Positions 61,901-64,000 of a stretch of 64,000 nucleotides of DNA are shown piece by piece. Source of the stretch: Centroscyllium fabricii (Eukaryota); NCBI GenBank assembly GCA_051313645.2, contig JBNRSN020000001.1, forward strand, positions 571,764,001 through 571,828,000, read 5' to 3'. The position numbers were made by a program, and so were the translations under genes. The notes below the pieces were generated by a model. The model saw only the letters and a list, made by a program, of their open reading frames with translations, made no database searches and was not told the origin of the DNA. Numbering within the stretch: the stretch's first letter is position 1; every line of letters starts with the position of its first letter.

Positions 61901-63931
61901 ATACAAAACAGAAATATACAAGAACACTGAAATATAACACAACACAGAAATATATAACAACACAGAAATATACAACAACATTGACATATATCACAACACT
62001 GAAATATACAACAACACAGAAATATACAACAACACAGAAATATACAACACAGAAATATACAACACAGAAATGTACAGCAACACAGTAATATGCCACAACA
62101 CAGAAAAGTACAACACTGAAACATAGAATGCAGAAACATGCCACAACACAGAAATATAAAACATCACAGAACTATACAACACTGAAATATACCACAACAC
62201 AGAAATGAACAACACAGAAATACACAACACAGAAATGAACAACACAGAAATACACAACACAGAAATTTACCACAACACAGAAATATACCAACACAAAGAA
62301 ATATAAAACAACATTGAAATATACCACAACACTGAAATATACCAGTACACAGAAATATAACACAATGCTGAAATAGAAAACATCATAGAAATATACAACA
62401 AAGAAAAATAACACAACAAAGAAATAAACCACAACACAGAAATTTGCAACAACACAGAAATATATCTCACCACAGAAATTTGCAACATGGAAATATACAA
62501 TAACACAGAAATATACAACTAAGAAATATACTAAACAGAAATATGCAACACTGAAATATACAACACAGAAATGTACAGCAACACAGAAATATACAACAAC
62601 ATTGAAATATACCACAACATCAAAATCATACAACACAGAAATATACCACAACACAGAAAAACACAACACATAAATATACCACTACACAGAAATATACAAC
62701 ACAGAAATATACACTAACACAGAAATATACAACACTGACATATACCACAACACAGAAAAATAACACAACACAGAAATATAAAACATCATAGAAATATACA
62801 ACAAAGAAAATTAACACAACACAGAAATAAACAACAAAACTGAAATTTGTAACAACACAAAAATATACAACACAGAAATGTAATGCAACACAGAAATTTA
62901 AAACAAAGAAATATACAACAACACAGAAATATACCACAACACTGAAATATACAACACAGAAATATACAGCAACACAGAAATGTACCACAACACAGAAATG
63001 TAGAGCAACACAAAAATGTACAACATAGTATATATAACATGACAAAGAAATATACCACAACACAGAAATATACAACAACACAGAAATATGCAACACAGAA
63101 ATATACGAGAACACTGAAATATACCACAACACAGAAATATACAACACAGAATTATACAACAACACTGAAATATACCACAGCACAGAAGTATACAACAACA
63201 CAGAAATATAAAACACTGAAATATACAACACAGAAATATACAGCAACACAGAAATGTACCACAACACAGAAATGTACAACACAGAAATATACAGCACAGA
63301 AATATGCAATAACACTGAAATATACCACAGCACAGAAATATACAACAACTCAGAAATATTCAACAGCATTTAAATATACCACAACACAGAACTATGGAAC
63401 ACAGAAATATAAAGGAACACTTAAATATACAACAACACAGAAATATACAGCAACACAGAAATATACAACACTTAAATATACCACAACACAGGAATGTACA
63501 ACAACACAGAATTATATCACAAAACAGAAATATACGACAGCAAAGAAATATAAAAGAACACTGACATATAGCAAAATCAGAAATATACAACAACACAGAA
63601 ATATACAAAAACACTGAAATATACCACAACACGGAAATATACAACACAGAAATATCCAACAACATTAAAATATATCACAACACTGAAATATACCACAACA
63701 CAGAAATATACAACAACACAGAAATATACAACACAAAAATATATAACACAGAAATGTACAGACACAGAAATATACCACAACACAGAAAAATACAACAACA
63801 CTAAATATAGAATACAGAAATATGCCACAACACAGAAATATACCACAACACAGAAATATAAAACATCACAGAAATATACAACAATGAAATATACCACAAC
63901 ACAGAAATATACCACAACACAGAAATATACA
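58950..63931. repeat. AT-rich 15/18-bp satellite, right part, with ~1.9-kb higher-order duplication
   Basis: Variant-unit patterns recur at +1915/+1897 bp (e.g. 59856 vs 61771; 61142 vs 63039). Confidence 0.95.
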
Positions 63932-63932
63932 T

Positions 63933-64000
63933 GATGTGGAGGTGCTGGTGTTGGACTGGGGTGGACAAATGAAAGAAGTCACACAACACCAGGTTATAGT
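63933..64000 (+). mobile_element. Penelope-like element terminus (runs off window)
   Basis: GATGTGGAGGTGCTGGTGTTGGACTGGGGTGGACAAA...ACACCAGGTTATAGT, third copy in the window. Confidence 0.55.

Noticed and set aside
52761-63989. Long ORFs in the satellite (KYTTTQKY, VVYFCVV, CCIFLCC)
   Set aside because: By-products of 15/18-bp units; frames break repeatedly and ORFs occur on both strands.

Overview
Repeat-dominated vertebrate genomic DNA, most likely from a cartilaginous fish (inferred from SacSINE1-like DeuSINEs and abundant CR1/L2 LINEs). No host gene is confidently recognisable; there are only a few candidate exons. The window holds two kinds of Ty3/Gypsy LTR retrotransposon. Family A is CsRn1-like, with a CHCC Gag motif, tRNA-Trp PBS and 4-bp TSDs: an LTR at 1-272 and full elements at 5141-10867, 44899-49520 and 54322-58949. 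Families B/C/D are Mag-like, with a double CCHC Gag and 5-bp TSDs: 14525-16776, 18490-23151, and 32603-37356 nested in solo LTR 32582-37617. Also present are two large solo LTRs, CR1/L2/Tx1 LINE remnants, Harbinger-like MITEs (including a 1.35-kb inverted MITE pair inside a Gypsy pol), Penelope-like fragments and a 15/18-bp satellite with ~1.9-kb higher-order repeats. The main finding concerns the B/C elements, which have no tRNA primer-binding site. The PBS position is instead the exact reverse complement of their own LTR poly(A)-signal segment (15 bp in B, 13 bp in C), with compensatory changes between families. They also share a YLDN RT active site and a hairpin over the PPT. This points to a tRNA-independent, self-priming and/or poly(A)-occluding mechanism (inference).
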